64,000 nucleotides of DNA from Nitrosopumilaceae archaeon (GCA_965203465.1 CBDBCR010000001.1:928001-992000), one strand, 5' to 3'. Shown: positions 19,453 through 29,581, counted from the first letter of the stretch. Translations and numbers: made by a program. Notes: generated by a model from the sequence alone, not told the origin.

Positions 19453-20271
19453 CTAGCGGCCGGCCTCTTCGACCTTCAGCGCCGCTATCTCGGCTGCCCT
19501 GCGGCCCGAAAAGAGCATCGAGCCGAACGTGGGCCCCATCCTCGGCAGGCCGTGCGTCTCGGTCACCGACATGCCGGCGGCCACCAGCCCGGGGTACACC
19601 TCGCCGGTCTTTGTTACCACCTCGTCCTCGCCCGACTCTACGTGCATGGGCTGCATGCCCTTCCACTCCGCCAGGCCCCTGTCCACGAGCCGCTTGACGG
19701 CCACCGAATCGTGGCCCGAGGCGTCTATGACCACCTTGGACTCGAGGGCCACCGGATCCACGCAGGTGATGTTGCGCGGCAGGGCCGAGACGGGCATCCA
19801 GTTGACCACGACGCCCTCGACCCTGCCGTTCCTGAGCACCAGGTCGTCGAACTTTGTGAGGTTGAGGAACTTTACGCCCGAATCGCAGGCGCTCGCTATC
19901 AGCTTCGAGACCGCGTGCGGGCCCGGAGTCAGGTACAGGCCCTCGGAGACCTCCTTGTATGGCACGCCCAGCTCGTCCCAGATCTTCTGGGCCGGCGCGC
20001 GCACCGTCACGGGGTTCATCATGTAACCCCCGAGCCAGTACCCGCCGCCCAGGTAGTTGTTCTGCTCTACGACCAGCACCCTGTACCCGCTGTTGGAAAG
20101 ATCCCTGCTCGCCGTCAGGCCCGCCGGCCCGGCCCCTATCACTATCACGTCCGAGCTGGCCCTCTCCACCAGGACGCTGTGGAACTCGTCGGCGATGGCG
20201 CGCGTTATCTGCACTTCGCTCACGTCGGCGAACATCCTCTGCTCTTTCTGGGCCGCTACTGCCTCCTGCAC
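19453..20271 (-). CDS. thi4: Thiazole synthase Thi4 (Cys-containing TCVDP type)
   Basis: DVIVIGAGPAGL, GGGYWLGG, TCVDP, DASGHD, RMGPTFGSMLFSG. Confidence 0.93.
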   Translation of the reverse strand: MQEAVAAQKEQRMFADVSEVQITRAIADEFHSVLVERASSDVIVIGAGPAGLTASRDLSNSGYRVLVVEQNNYLGGGYWLGGYMMNPVTVRAPAQKIWDELGVPYKEVSEGLYLTPGPHAVSKLIASACDSGVKFLNLTKFDDLVLRNGRVEGVVVNWMPVSALPRNITCVDPVALESKVVIDASGHDSVAVKRLVDRGLAEWKGMQPMHVESGEDEVVTKTGEVYPGLVAAGMSVTETHGLPRMGPTFGSMLFSGRRAAEIAALKVEEAGR

Positions 20272-20418
20272 GGTCCGCCTGCCCGGCGCTGGTGTTTAAA
20301 ACGTTGCGGGACAGGCCCGGCAACCGGTGCCGCCCCGGTGCGGGCCCGGCGGCGATTTGGCCGGTCTTCAAAACTTTATAACCGAACAGCCGGCCCCCGC
20401 CGCGCGTTGGAGGCGCAG

Positions 20419-22186
20419 ATGCAGAACCGCGGGGCCGAGCCGCGCACGGACTGGTCGGCGGCCCAGGAGGCAGACGCCTTGGTCGCGAAGGCCGTGCGGC
20501 TCTACAGGAAGGGCGAGTACGACGCGGACAGCTTCAGGCGGTTCCGGCTCCAGCACGGCGCCTACGGCACGCGCATGACCTCCGACTATGCGATGATCCG
20601 CGTAAAGCTGCCCGCCGGCGAGGTGTACCCCGCCCAGCTGGAAAAGCTGGCCGATCTGAGCGAGCAGTTTTCCATAGGCAGCGCGCACGTCTCGACGCGC
20701 GAGAACGTGCAGCTCCACTGGGTGGTGCTCGAGGACGTCTCGGAGGTGTTCCGGGGCCTGGCAGAGGTGGGCCTGACCTCGCGCGAGGCGTGCGGGAACT
20801 CGGTGCGCAACGTCATGTGCAGCCCGCTCTCGGGCGTGTGCGCGGCAGAAGCCTTCGACTCCACCCCGTACGCGCTGGCCGTGGCGAGGTTCTTCCTGCG
20901 CAACCCCATGGCGCAGAACCTGCCGCGCAAGTTCAAGTTCAACTTTACGTGCTGCGAGGAGCACGGCATGGCCCGCATGGTGGACGTGGGGCTCGTGCCG
21001 GCCCTCGGGCCCGGCGGGGAGCGCGGCTTCCGCGTGTTCTTGGGCGGCGGCCTCGGCAACCGCTCGTTCGTGGGCCGCCAGCTGGAGGACTTTACGCCGG
21101 AAGAGGATCTGCTGCACACGTCCATATCGGTCGTGCGGGTGTTCGACCGCCTGGGCGACCGCAAGAACCTCGCGCGCAACCGCCTGCGGTACCTGGTAAG
21201 CGACATGGGCTGGGAGGCCTTCTCCAACCTTGTCATCAAGGAGAGGGCCGTGGTGCGCGCCACGCAGTCGGTGGTCACGCGCCTGAACCCGGACACGTCG
21301 GGGCGCGAGCTGCGCCGGCCGGTGCGCGTGACATCGGGGGGCGGGGCCGCGCCGCCCGGGTACGCGCGCTGGCTCTCGACGAGCACGCAGCCGCAGCGGC
21401 AGGCCGGGTACCGGACCGCGTTCATCTCGCTCGAATCGGGGGACATCACCGCCGCGCAGCTGCGCTCGCTGGCCTCGATAGTGCGAGAGTATTCGGCAGA
21501 GGGCGCCGCGCGCGCAGGCTTTGTGCAGGACATGGCCCTGCGGCACGTCCACGAGGACGACCTTGCGGGCCTGTACTCTGCCCTGACCGAGGCGGGCCTC
21601 GCGCGCCCCGGCGCGCTGACCATGGCCGCGCCGGTGGGCTGCTCGGGGACCACCTCGTGCAACCTGGCCCTGACGAATTCGCACCGGCTCTCCAAGGAGG
21701 TGCAGCGCAAGTTTTTGGAGCTGGGCCTCGACGAGGATCCGGACCTGCGCGGCTCGTCCGTGAAGATAAGCGGGTGCCCCAACTCGTGCGCCCAGCACGG
21801 CATAGCCACCGTGGGGTTCTTCGGCGGGGGCGGCAGGGTCGGCAAGGACATGTACCCAAACTACATGATGTCCTTCGGCGGGCGCTCGGACGGGCGCACC
21901 ATGCTCGGCGTCGGCGGTCATGCGCGTGCCGGCAAAGCGGGTCATACCTGCGCTGCTGCGCATAATAGAGGTGTTCCGATCCCGCAAGCAGGGCGGCGAC
22001 ACGCTCGAATCGTGGGCGCACCGCGTGGCCTCGGGCGCCGACGGGTACTCGCTCGACGACCTAAAGCGGGATCTGGCGCCGATCGCCGCGCCGCCGGACA
22101 TCTCGGAGGATCCCGACTTTTACTCCGACTACGGGGCCGACGGGGCCTACCACACAAAGACGGGCAAGGGCGAGTGCGCGGCTTGA
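20419..22186 (+). CDS. Ferredoxin-dependent sulfite/nitrite reductase (siroheme); 1-nt frameshift near 21912
   Basis: FRLQHGAYG, STRENVQLH, ACGNSVRN, LPRKFK, CSGTTSCNLA, ISGCPNSCAQH; C-terminus continues in the 21920-22186 frame and ends GKGECAA. Confidence 0.9.
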
Positions 22187-22959
22187 TATCGGGAGCAGAC
22201 CTGACCGCCTCGGAGATACGCGACCGCAGCGTGCGGGTGCTCGACGTGCGCAGGCCCGAAGAGTACGCGGCGGGCCACCTGCCGTCGGCAGACAATTTGC
22301 CGCTGGCCGGCCTGCTCTCCGACGACAGCCCCCGGGCGGTGGCCTCGCTTGCCGGCTCGCTGGGCATAGGCGACGAGGAGCGCGTGGTGATATACGACGA
22401 CACGTTCGGCGCGCTGGCCTCGCGCGTGGCCTGGTCGCTGGAGCACATCGGCCACCGCGGGGTCTCGCTCCTGGAGACGACGTACTCGGGCTGGAAGTCC
22501 ATGGGGCTGCAGACCGGCTCCGAAAAGCCCGAGCGCGCAGCCTGCCGGCACTCCGTATCGGAGGACGCGTCGATCTCGGCCTCCGCCGAATCGCTCGAAT
22601 CCGAGCGCGATTCGGGGGCGCTGCTCATAGACAACCGCGAGAGGCTCAACTACCTCGAGCAGCACATACCCGGCGCGCTCAGCCTGCCGTACAGGACGCT
22701 CTCGGAGCCGGGCCGGATACTGCGCAGTCCGGCGGACATGAGGCGCCTGCTGGAGAACCGCGGCATAGGGCCCGGTTCGCGCGCCATCACGTACTGCGGC
22801 AGCGTGGGCACGCTCTCGGGCCTGGCGTACTATGCCCTAAAGAGCGCCGGGGTGCGCGACGTGCGCCTCTACGTAAGATCGTTCCGCGAGTGGAAGGGGC
22901 AGAACCGGCCCGTCGAGAGGCAGCCCGACGCAAACTACTGGGATCTTTCCGCCGAGTGA
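22183..22959 (+). CDS. Tandem-domain rhodanese/thiosulfate sulfurtransferase
   Basis: LDVRRPEEYAAGHLPSA, IDNR...EQHIPGA, ITYCGSVG; TTG start overlaps the reductase stop. Confidence 0.9.
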   Translation: MISGADLTASEIRDRSVRVLDVRRPEEYAAGHLPSADNLPLAGLLSDDSPRAVASLAGSLGIGDEERVVIYDDTFGALASRVAWSLEHIGHRGVSLLETTYSGWKSMGLQTGSEKPERAACRHSVSEDASISASAESLESERDSGALLIDNRERLNYLEQHIPGALSLPYRTLSEPGRILRSPADMRRLLENRGIGPGSRAITYCGSVGTLSGLAYYALKSAGVRDVRLYVRSFREWKGQNRPVERQPDANYWDLSAE

Positions 22960-24050
22960 GCCGCCTCGCCGCGCAGCTGCCGCGTGACGGCCGCGTCGAT
23001 GTTGTCCAGCACGTCGAGCATCTTTTGCCTGTTGTCCTCCAAAAATTCGTCGCCCCTGTCCTGCAGCCTCTTTTTCCAGAGGCGGATCTCGCGGTGCTCC
23101 TCGAGGAACCGCTCCACCATGTGCCTGCCGCTCCTCTCGGGGTCGATGAACTCTTCGAGCTCTTTCGAGACGGAGCCGGCCCGCCCCTCGGTTATGGCGG
23201 CCTTTGCCGACTGTATGGCCTCGCCGAGGCCGCGCAGGCTCTTGGCCGACTCGGGCAGGGTGCGCTTTACGGACAGGCCCCACAGGCCGCGCTCCTTCTT
23301 GCCGACCTTTTTGACGATGTCCGGGGACAGGTCGTATACGGGTATGCGGTGGAATCCCTCGCGCTTTTCGTGGCGCACCAGCAGCCCGCGCTCCGTCAGC
23401 TTTAGCAGGGCCTCTTCTGCGTCGGACTTGTCGAGCAGCGTCGTCCAGACTATGGCCCCTATGGTGTGGTACCCCTGCCTGACGCTCTCTATGACGACGA
23501 CTTCGACTATCCTCTTGAAGCCCTCCTCTATGCGGACGTTGACGAAGTCCTTGTCCTTTACGGCCTTTCTTGCGTTCTTTACGTCGATCTCTATCGACCT
23601 CTTTAGGGCCTCGATCGATTCGGCCACCCTGTTGAGCATGGACAGGTAGCAGGCCCTGTTGTACCAGGCCATGCCGAAGTTGGGATCGGATTCGGACGCC
23701 TTTTCTGCCGAGTCGAGCGCCTTTGCGTAGTTTTTCTGCTCGTAGTGTATGAGGCCCTTTAGGTTCCAGGCCTCGGCGTTGGCCACGTCGATGTCGAGGA
23801 CGCGGTCGTAGACGCGCAGCGCCTCGCCGTGGTCGTCGGAGTGGAACCGGGCGTAGCCCAGCTTTAGCAGCACGTCCACGTTGTCGGGGTCTATGCGCAG
23901 CGCCTGCTCGAGTGCCTCGACGGCCTCTTCCATCTTTTCGTCGGCCATGAGGTTGGTGCCCTTTTTGTACAGGCGCTTTACGTTGTAGGACGGGTCTGCG
24001 AGCGGCTTTTCTCCGGACGGCTCGGGAAGATCCCGCCGGGAGCCCTTCAT
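22935..24050 (-). CDS. Tetratricopeptide-repeat protein
   Basis: Consecutive TPR units (ALRIDPDNVDVLLKLG, AEAWNLKG, MAWYNRAC). Confidence 0.88.
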   Translation of the reverse strand: MKGSRRDLPEPSGEKPLADPSYNVKRLYKKGTNLMADEKMEEAVEALEQALRIDPDNVDVLLKLGYARFHSDDHGEALRVYDRVLDIDVANAEAWNLKGLIHYEQKNYAKALDSAEKASESDPNFGMAWYNRACYLSMLNRVAESIEALKRSIEIDVKNARKAVKDKDFVNVRIEEGFKRIVEVVVIESVRQGYHTIGAIVWTTLLDKSDAEEALLKLTERGLLVRHEKREGFHRIPVYDLSPDIVKKVGKKERGLWGLSVKRTLPESAKSLRGLGEAIQSAKAAITEGRAGSVSKELEEFIDPERSGRHMVERFLEEHREIRLWKKRLQDRGDEFLEDNRQKMLDVLDNIDAAVTRQLRGEAAHSAERSQ

Positions 24051-24134
24051 GGGCGCCGGGGGCCGCGTTCCTGATAAATAGTCTGCGCCGCGCCTGCTGG
24101 AAATGCAAAAATACACGTGCCGGCGCGCACGGCC

Positions 24135-25675
24135 ATGGCGCCTCAGAGAGTGTCGGTCAGGGGGCGCGCGCCGTTCGAAAAGACCGGCGTGTACGAGGCC
24201 TCCATCTACCTGTGCCGCTCCAGGCCGGAGCCGGCCGCCGCCGCCTCGGGCGATCTGGACAGCCTCTGGCGGGGCGACTTCCACCTGCGCGTGCGCGACG
24301 GCTCGTTCGGGGAGGACCTGGGGGGGCCGGACAACCCCGTCCCGGCCTCGGTGTTCCAGCTGCAGTCGGTCTGGGTGGCCGTGGCCGACAGGCTCTCTGA
24401 GCGCACGTCGATATTCGAGGTGCCGGTGCCCGGCGGCGCCCGGCCGGAGCCGGCCCCCGCGCCGCCGCCCGCCGAGAAGGGCAGGCCCGGACGAGCAGGG
24501 CGCGCAAGGGGAGCAGGGCCCGCCCGGTCCCGCCGGCACGTTCAGGGCCAGCCCGGCTTGCAGGGGCCGCCCGGCGAGCGCGGCGCGCGCGGGCCAGCCG
24601 GCGACAAGGGCGACAAGGGCCCGCCCGGCGAAAAGGGGCTGACCGGCGACGTGGGCCAGCAGGGCGACAAGGGAACGCCCGGGCGAGCGCGGGGACAGCG
24701 GCGAGCGGGGGCCGGCCGGCCCCGCGGGCCCGCCCGGCGAAAAGGGGGCCACCGGCCCGCCCGGCGACAAGGGCCCGGCAGGCCTGCGCGGGATCAGCGG
24801 CGACAAGGGCGACAAGGGGCCGACCGGACCCGTAGGCGACAAGGGCCCGGCCGGGCCTGCGCGGCTCTGCCGGCCCCGCCGGCGACAAGGGGCCGCAGGG
24901 CCCGGCCGGCGAGCGGGGCATCACCGGAGAAAAGGGCCCGGCCGGCGAAAAGGGCCCGACCGGCCCGCCCGGCCCCGCCGGCGAGAAGGGCCTGCAGGGC
25001 CCGGCCGGCGAGATCGGGCTAAAGGGCCCGCAGGGGCCGATGGGCGAAAAGGGCCCGCCCGGCCCGGCCGGGCCGCTGGGCGAGCGCGGTATAACCGGGC
25101 CGCAGGGCCAGCCCGGCCAGCCCGGCCCCGCCGGCCCCAAGGGGGCCTCGGGCGAGCGCGGCCCGCAGGGGCCGCCGGGGCCCGCCGGCGAAAAGGGCCC
25201 GCAGGGGCCGCAGGGGCCGGCCGGCGAAAAGGGGCTGACCGGGGTCCCGGGCCCGCAGGGCGAAAAGGGCGAGCGCGGCCCGCAGGGGCCGCTCGGAGAA
25301 AAGGGCCAGGCCGGCCAGCCGGGCCCGCGCGGCGACAAGGGGCCCCAGGGCCCGCAGGGCCCGCAGGGCGAGCGCGGCGGGCAGGGGGCCCCCGGCGAAA
25401 AGGGCCCGCAGGGCCCGCAGGGCATACAGGGCCCGCAGGGCGAGCGCGGCCCGCTCGGCCCGCCGGGGCCGGCAGGCGAGCCGGGCCCGCGCGGCGAGCA
25501 GGGCCCGGTGGGGCAGGCCGGCCCCCAAGGCCCGCCCGGCCCGCCGGGGGCCGGCGGCGCGCAGGATTCTTCGGATCAAAAGGCGCTGCTGAAAGATCTT
25601 TTGGACCTGCTCACCGAAAAGGGCCTCATCAGCACCGAAGAGCAGATCCGCATAATGAGCAGGCTCTACCAGTGA
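24135..25675 (+). CDS. Collagen-like (Gly-X-Y) protein, broken by at least 4 frameshifts in this assembly
   Basis: Globular N-terminus, then GPxGEKG/GDKG/GPQG triplets from about 24480 to 25560 that switch frame; short helical C-terminus [19 protein letters not shown]. Confidence 0.85.
24480..25560 (+). repeat. Collagen triple-helix coding repeat (9-nt/Gly-X-Y periodicity)
   Basis: Recurrent ggcccg/ggcgaaaag/ggcgacaag/ggcccgcag units. Confidence 0.9.
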
Positions 25676-25928
25676 CTGCGCGGCGCGGATCGAAAGTTTT
25701 TTCCCGCGACCGCCCGGCGCGCAGGAGTTATAGCGCCTTTCGCCGGCAAAACCGCGACGGGCAAGAACGCGCGCGTCCGCCGCTCGGGGCTGCGCCGTCC
25801 GATGCTGCCCGGTTGTGCGGGCGGGCGCTCCGACGCGGCTGGGGGCCTGCGCGCCCCTTGCAAAAGCGTCCCGGGCTCCTTGCCGGTCTGGATAAAAAAG
25901 AAACCGATCGCCGTGGGGCGATCCGGTT

Positions 25929-26234
25929 CTATATTTTCTTGGTTCTGCGCGTGGTCCTCCTCTTGGGAGCGGCCTTGCGCGTGGTCGTCTTGCGCGTGGA
26001 CGTCTTGCGTGTCGTCTTGCGCGTGGTCCTCCTCTTGGGAGCGGCCTTGCGCGTGGACGTCTTGCGTGTCGTCTTGCGCGTGGTCCTCCTCTTGGGAGCG
26101 GCCTTGCGCGTGGACGTCTTGCGTGTCGTCTTGCGCGTGGTCCTCCTCTTGGGAGCGGCCTTGCGCGTGGACGTCTTGCGTGTCGTCTTGCGCGTGGTCT
26201 TCCTCTTGGAGGTTCCCTTTCGTGATGTCGCCAT
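25929..26234 (-). CDS. Histone H1-like Lys/Arg/Thr-rich basic protein
   Basis: MATSRKG... followed by repeats of [19 protein letters not shown]; no acidic residues. Confidence 0.8.
   Translation of the reverse strand: MATSRKGTSKRKTTRKTTRKTSTRKAAPKRRTTRKTTRKTSTRKAAPKRRTTRKTTRKTSTRKAAPKRRTTRKTTRKTSTRKTTTRKAAPKRRTTRRTKKI
25989..26209. repeat. 57-bp tandem repeat: 3 exact copies plus a near-complete 4th
   Basis: Unit cttgcgcgtggacgtcttgcgtgtcgtcttgcgcgtggtcctcctcttgggagcggc starts at 25989, 26046, 26103 and 26160. Confidence 0.95.
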
Positions 26235-26554
26235 CGGACTAGCCCGGATCCTCATAGTTTTTCAATAGCTATACTCAAAAAAATTAGACAAGCGCGTAGT
26301 TTTTTGTCAACCGAAAACGGTGGATTCCGATCGCTTTGGGCCGCCGCGAGCGCGCGCGCGGGCGCGTTTCAAGCACGCGATCGGGCCCGCGGCGCGCGCG
26401 CGGGCGCGCAAAGGCAGATCGTGCCCACGCAAGCTGCGGCCCGGATTTGGCGGCTACGCGCGCCCCGCGGGCGGCGCGCGCACGCCGCGGCGCGCAGCCG
26501 GGCAGCGCCCCGCGCGCCGGCCGGCGCGATCGCGGATCGCGCCGCGATCGCCGC

Positions 26555-27661
26555 CTACGCGCCCCTCGTCTTGACTATGGTCAGCACGTCCTCGTCCTGC
26601 ATCACGTGGTCGAGGCCGACGCGCTGGCCCCCGAACTTTACGCTCCTGCCCCACACCATGCCGTAGCGGAACTGCCTGCGCATGCTCCTGTGTATCTTGT
26701 TGCAGACATCCTCGACGGTGTCGCCCTCCCTGGCTATGAGCGGCTCCTCAAAGTCGGCCTCGCCCCCCTTGGGCCTCATGTACACCCGTATGAACCCGAG
26801 GCTCTCGTATATGCGCTCCCTGAGGAGTTCCATGTTGAGGTCCGAGTTCGCCGAGACCTCGACGGCCGGGCCGGCGCCGGCGCGCGCCCTCTCGAGCAGC
26901 TGCTCGTCCGCCAGGTCTATCTTGTTTATCACCGTCAGGGCCTTTGCGTACGTGACGTTGCCGGCCATGTGGTCTGCGAGCTGCTCGGACGTGACGTCCT
27001 CGCGCACCACGACTCTGGCGCTGTTTATGCCGTACAGGTGCAGCATCTCCCTGACGTGCGATTCGGTGACGCGCGTGAGCCTTGCCTGCTGCGCGACGGT
27101 TATGCCGCCCGAGCCGGACTTTTCGACCGTGATGTTGGGGGGAAGCTGGTTCAGGCGTATGCCGATGTTGCCAAGCTCCGACGAAAGGACGCGCGCGTGG
27201 TGCGGCTGGAAGACATCCAGTACCAGCAGCACGAGGTCCGCGCTCCTCGCGACGGACAGTATCCTCTTTCCGAGTCCGCGGCCGCTCGAGGCGCCCTTTA
27301 TGATGCCGGGCAGATCGAGCATCTGTATGCGCGCGCCGCGGTACTCCATCATGCCGGGAACGACGGTCAGGGTCGTGAACTGGTAGGCGCCGACCTCGGA
27401 CTTTGCGCCGGTGAGGCGGTTGAGCAGGGTGGACTTGCCCACGCTGGGCAGCCCGATGAACACCACGGTCGCGTCGCCGGACCTGCGCACGTCGAAGCCG
27501 TCGTGTCGCGCGCCGCTCTTTTTGGCCGCCGCGTCCTCCTGCTCGCGCCTCAGCTTTGCGATCTTGGCCTTTAGCAGGCCGAGGTGGTGCTCGGTCGCCT
27601 TGTTGACCTGCGTCCTCGCCATCTCATCCTCGATGGCCCTGATCTTTTCGGGTATGCCCAC
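26555..27661 (-). CDS. DRG-family Obg GTPase
   Basis: QVNKATEHHLGLLKAKIAKL, GLPSVGKST, YQFTTL, DLPGII.GA..GRG.G, TGS C-terminus. Confidence 0.94.
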   Translation of the reverse strand: MGIPEKIRAIEDEMARTQVNKATEHHLGLLKAKIAKLRREQEDAAAKKSGARHDGFDVRRSGDATVVFIGLPSVGKSTLLNRLTGAKSEVGAYQFTTLTVVPGMMEYRGARIQMLDLPGIIKGASSGRGLGKRILSVARSADLVLLVLDVFQPHHARVLSSELGNIGIRLNQLPPNITVEKSGSGGITVAQQARLTRVTESHVREMLHLYGINSARVVVREDVTSEQLADHMAGNVTYAKALTVINKIDLADEQLLERARAGAGPAVEVSANSDLNMELLRERIYESLGFIRVYMRPKGGEADFEEPLIAREGDTVEDVCNKIHRSMRRQFRYGMVWGRSVKFGGQRVGLDHVMQDEDVLTIVKTRGA

Positions 27662-27739
27662 GGGCCGGCGGGTGCTTTTTCACATAAATTTCAACGCGGC
27701 CGGCAAAGATTCTAATAAAACGGCGGGGGGGCGCGGGGC

Positions 27740-29581
27740 GTGTCGTTCGGCCTGTTCCTGGACCAGGCGCGCGCCGGGGTCTCGGCGCGGCTCTTGGAGA
27801 TGGGCCTAGAGTCGGGCTTCGAGGTGGGGCCCGCGCGGCCCGGCTTTGGCGACGCGGCGTGCAACGCGCCGTTCCTGCTGGCTAAAAAGACGGGCCGGCG
27901 GCCGGCTGAGCTGGCCTCCGAGATGGCCTCGGGGTACCGCGTATCGGGGCTGGTGAGCTCGTGCGAGGCGCACCCGTCGGGGTACCTCAATTTTGGGGCC
28001 GACGATGCGCAGCTGGCCTCGGCCGCGGTGGCCTCCGCGCTGGACGGCACGTTCGGGATACGGCCCGCGGAGCCGGTCCGGACCGTCGTGGAGCACACCA
28101 GCGTCAACCCCAACAAGGCCCTCCACATCGGGCACGTGCGCAACGTGGCGGTCGGCGATTCGCTGTCGCGCATACTGGCGAGGGCCGGCCACCCCGTCTT
28201 GGCGCTCAACTACGTCGACGATTCGGGCCTGCAGGTGGCAGACGTCGTGGTCGGGTTCCAGAAACTGGGTTTTGCGGCAGAGCCGCCCGGGGGCGGGCGG
28301 TTCGATTCGTACTGCGGCGACGAGGTGTATGTAAAGACGACGGCCGAATACGAAAAGAACCCTGCCCTCAAGGAAGAGCGCGCGCGGGCGCTGGCCCTCA
28401 TGGAGGAGGGCGGCAACGAGACCGCGAGGATGGCCGAATCCGTGACCCGGCGCGTGCTGCGCTGCCAGCTGGACACGTGCTGGCGCCTGGGCGCCAGGTA
28501 CGACTGCGTAAACTACGAGTCGCAGGTGGTGCGCTCGGGCATGTGGGCCTCTGTCTTTGAGCGGCTAAAAGAGTCCGGCCTGGTGGAGCTGGCCTCGGAG
28601 GGGGACAACGCGGGCTGCTGGGTGCTCAAGGGGCAGGACAAGGTGCTGGTGCGCAGCGGCGGGACTGCCACCTACACGGCCAAGGACATACCATACGCGG
28701 CCTGGAAGCTGGGCCTGGTGCCGGACCCGTTCGGGTACGAGGAGTATGGGGGGCAGCCGGACAGACAGATGTTCCATTCGGTGCTGGGCGGCGGGCGCAA
28801 GGGGGACTATTCGGGCCGGCGCGTCATCACGGTGGTCGATTCGCGCCAGGCGGCCCCGCAGGCGGCGGTGCGCTCGCTGATGGACGCCTTTGGAAAAGAG
28901 GGCGCGTACGTGCACCTCGCCTACGGACCCGTCGGCCTCAGCCCGTCGACGGCGCGCAGCTTGGGCGCCGAGACGGGCGGCAAAAAGGCCCAGATGTCGG
29001 GCAGGCGCGGCCTGTACGTGGGCGCCGACTCCGTCTGCGACCTGCTCGAGGAGCGAGCTCTCTCCGAGGTGCTGCGCCGCAACCCCGAAATGGACCGCGC
29101 AGAGGCCGCCGAGATAGCCCGCAAGATAGCCGTGGGGACGGTGCGCTACGAGATGGTCCGCACCGACCTGGACAGGCCGGTGACGTTCGACCTGGAAAGG
29201 TCGCTGAGCCTAGAGGGGGACACCGCGCCGTACATGCAGTACGCGCACGCGCGCGCCTGCCGGATACTGGAAAAGTCGCCGTCCGCGCCGGACCACGCGT
29301 CCATGGAGCCGGCGCGCGGCGGGCCCGAGCGCGCCCTCGTGCTGGCCCTATCCAAGGCCGGCGTGTCGGTCTCTGACGCCGAGCGCAACCTGTCCCCCAA
29401 GGTGGTGGCGCGCTACTGCCGCCAGCTGTCAGTAGAGTTCAACTCGTTCTACGAAAAGGCCAGGGTGGTGGGCACCGATCCGGAGACGGACAACTTCCGC
29501 CTCTGCCTGGTCGAGGCGTTCAGGCTGACGCTGGCCTCGGCCCTCGGGATGCTGGGCGTCGAGGCCCCCGACAGGATGTAG
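27740..29581 (+). CDS. argS: Arginine--tRNA ligase
   Basis: VEHTSVNPNKALHIGHVRN (HIGH), MSGRRG, PYMQYAHAR, C-terminal PDRM. Confidence 0.96.
   Translation: MSFGLFLDQARAGVSARLLEMGLESGFEVGPARPGFGDAACNAPFLLAKKTGRRPAELASEMASGYRVSGLVSSCEAHPSGYLNFGADDAQLASAAVASALDGTFGIRPAEPVRTVVEHTSVNPNKALHIGHVRNVAVGDSLSRILARAGHPVLALNYVDDSGLQVADVVVGFQKLGFAAEPPGGGRFDSYCGDEVYVKTTAEYEKNPALKEERARALALMEEGGNETARMAESVTRRVLRCQLDTCWRLGARYDCVNYESQVVRSGMWASVFERLKESGLVELASEGDNAGCWVLKGQDKVLVRSGGTATYTAKDIPYAAWKLGLVPDPFGYEEYGGQPDRQMFHSVLGGGRKGDYSGRRVITVVDSRQAAPQAAVRSLMDAFGKEGAYVHLAYGPVGLSPSTARSLGAETGGKKAQMSGRRGLYVGADSVCDLLEERALSEVLRRNPEMDRAEAAEIARKIAVGTVRYEMVRTDLDRPVTFDLERSLSLEGDTAPYMQYAHARACRILEKSPSAPDHASMEPARGGPERALVLALSKAGVSVSDAERNLSPKVVARYCRQLSVEFNSFYEKARVVGTDPETDNFRLCLVEAFRLTLASALGMLGVEAPDRM

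Noticed and set aside
17783-20371. 862-aa TrxB with a long N-terminal extension
   Set aside because: Read-through created by the frameshift in the DUF6775-like gene plus stop-poor GC-rich sequence overlapping thi4.
19270-22959. 1229-aa sulfite reductase-rhodanese fusion
   Set aside because: Artefact of a 1-nt frameshift near 21912; the reductase's real C-terminus is in 21920-22186 and rhodanese has its own TTG start at 22183.
25946-26209. Possible CRISPR array
   Set aside because: Contiguous 57-bp tandem units with no unique spacers, in frame within a coding sequence; no cas genes in the window.
25672-26268. Plus-strand hydrophobic repeat ORF ([14 protein letters not shown])n
   Set aside because: Antisense shadow of the K/R/T-rich protein, which has the AT-rich upstream region on the minus strand.
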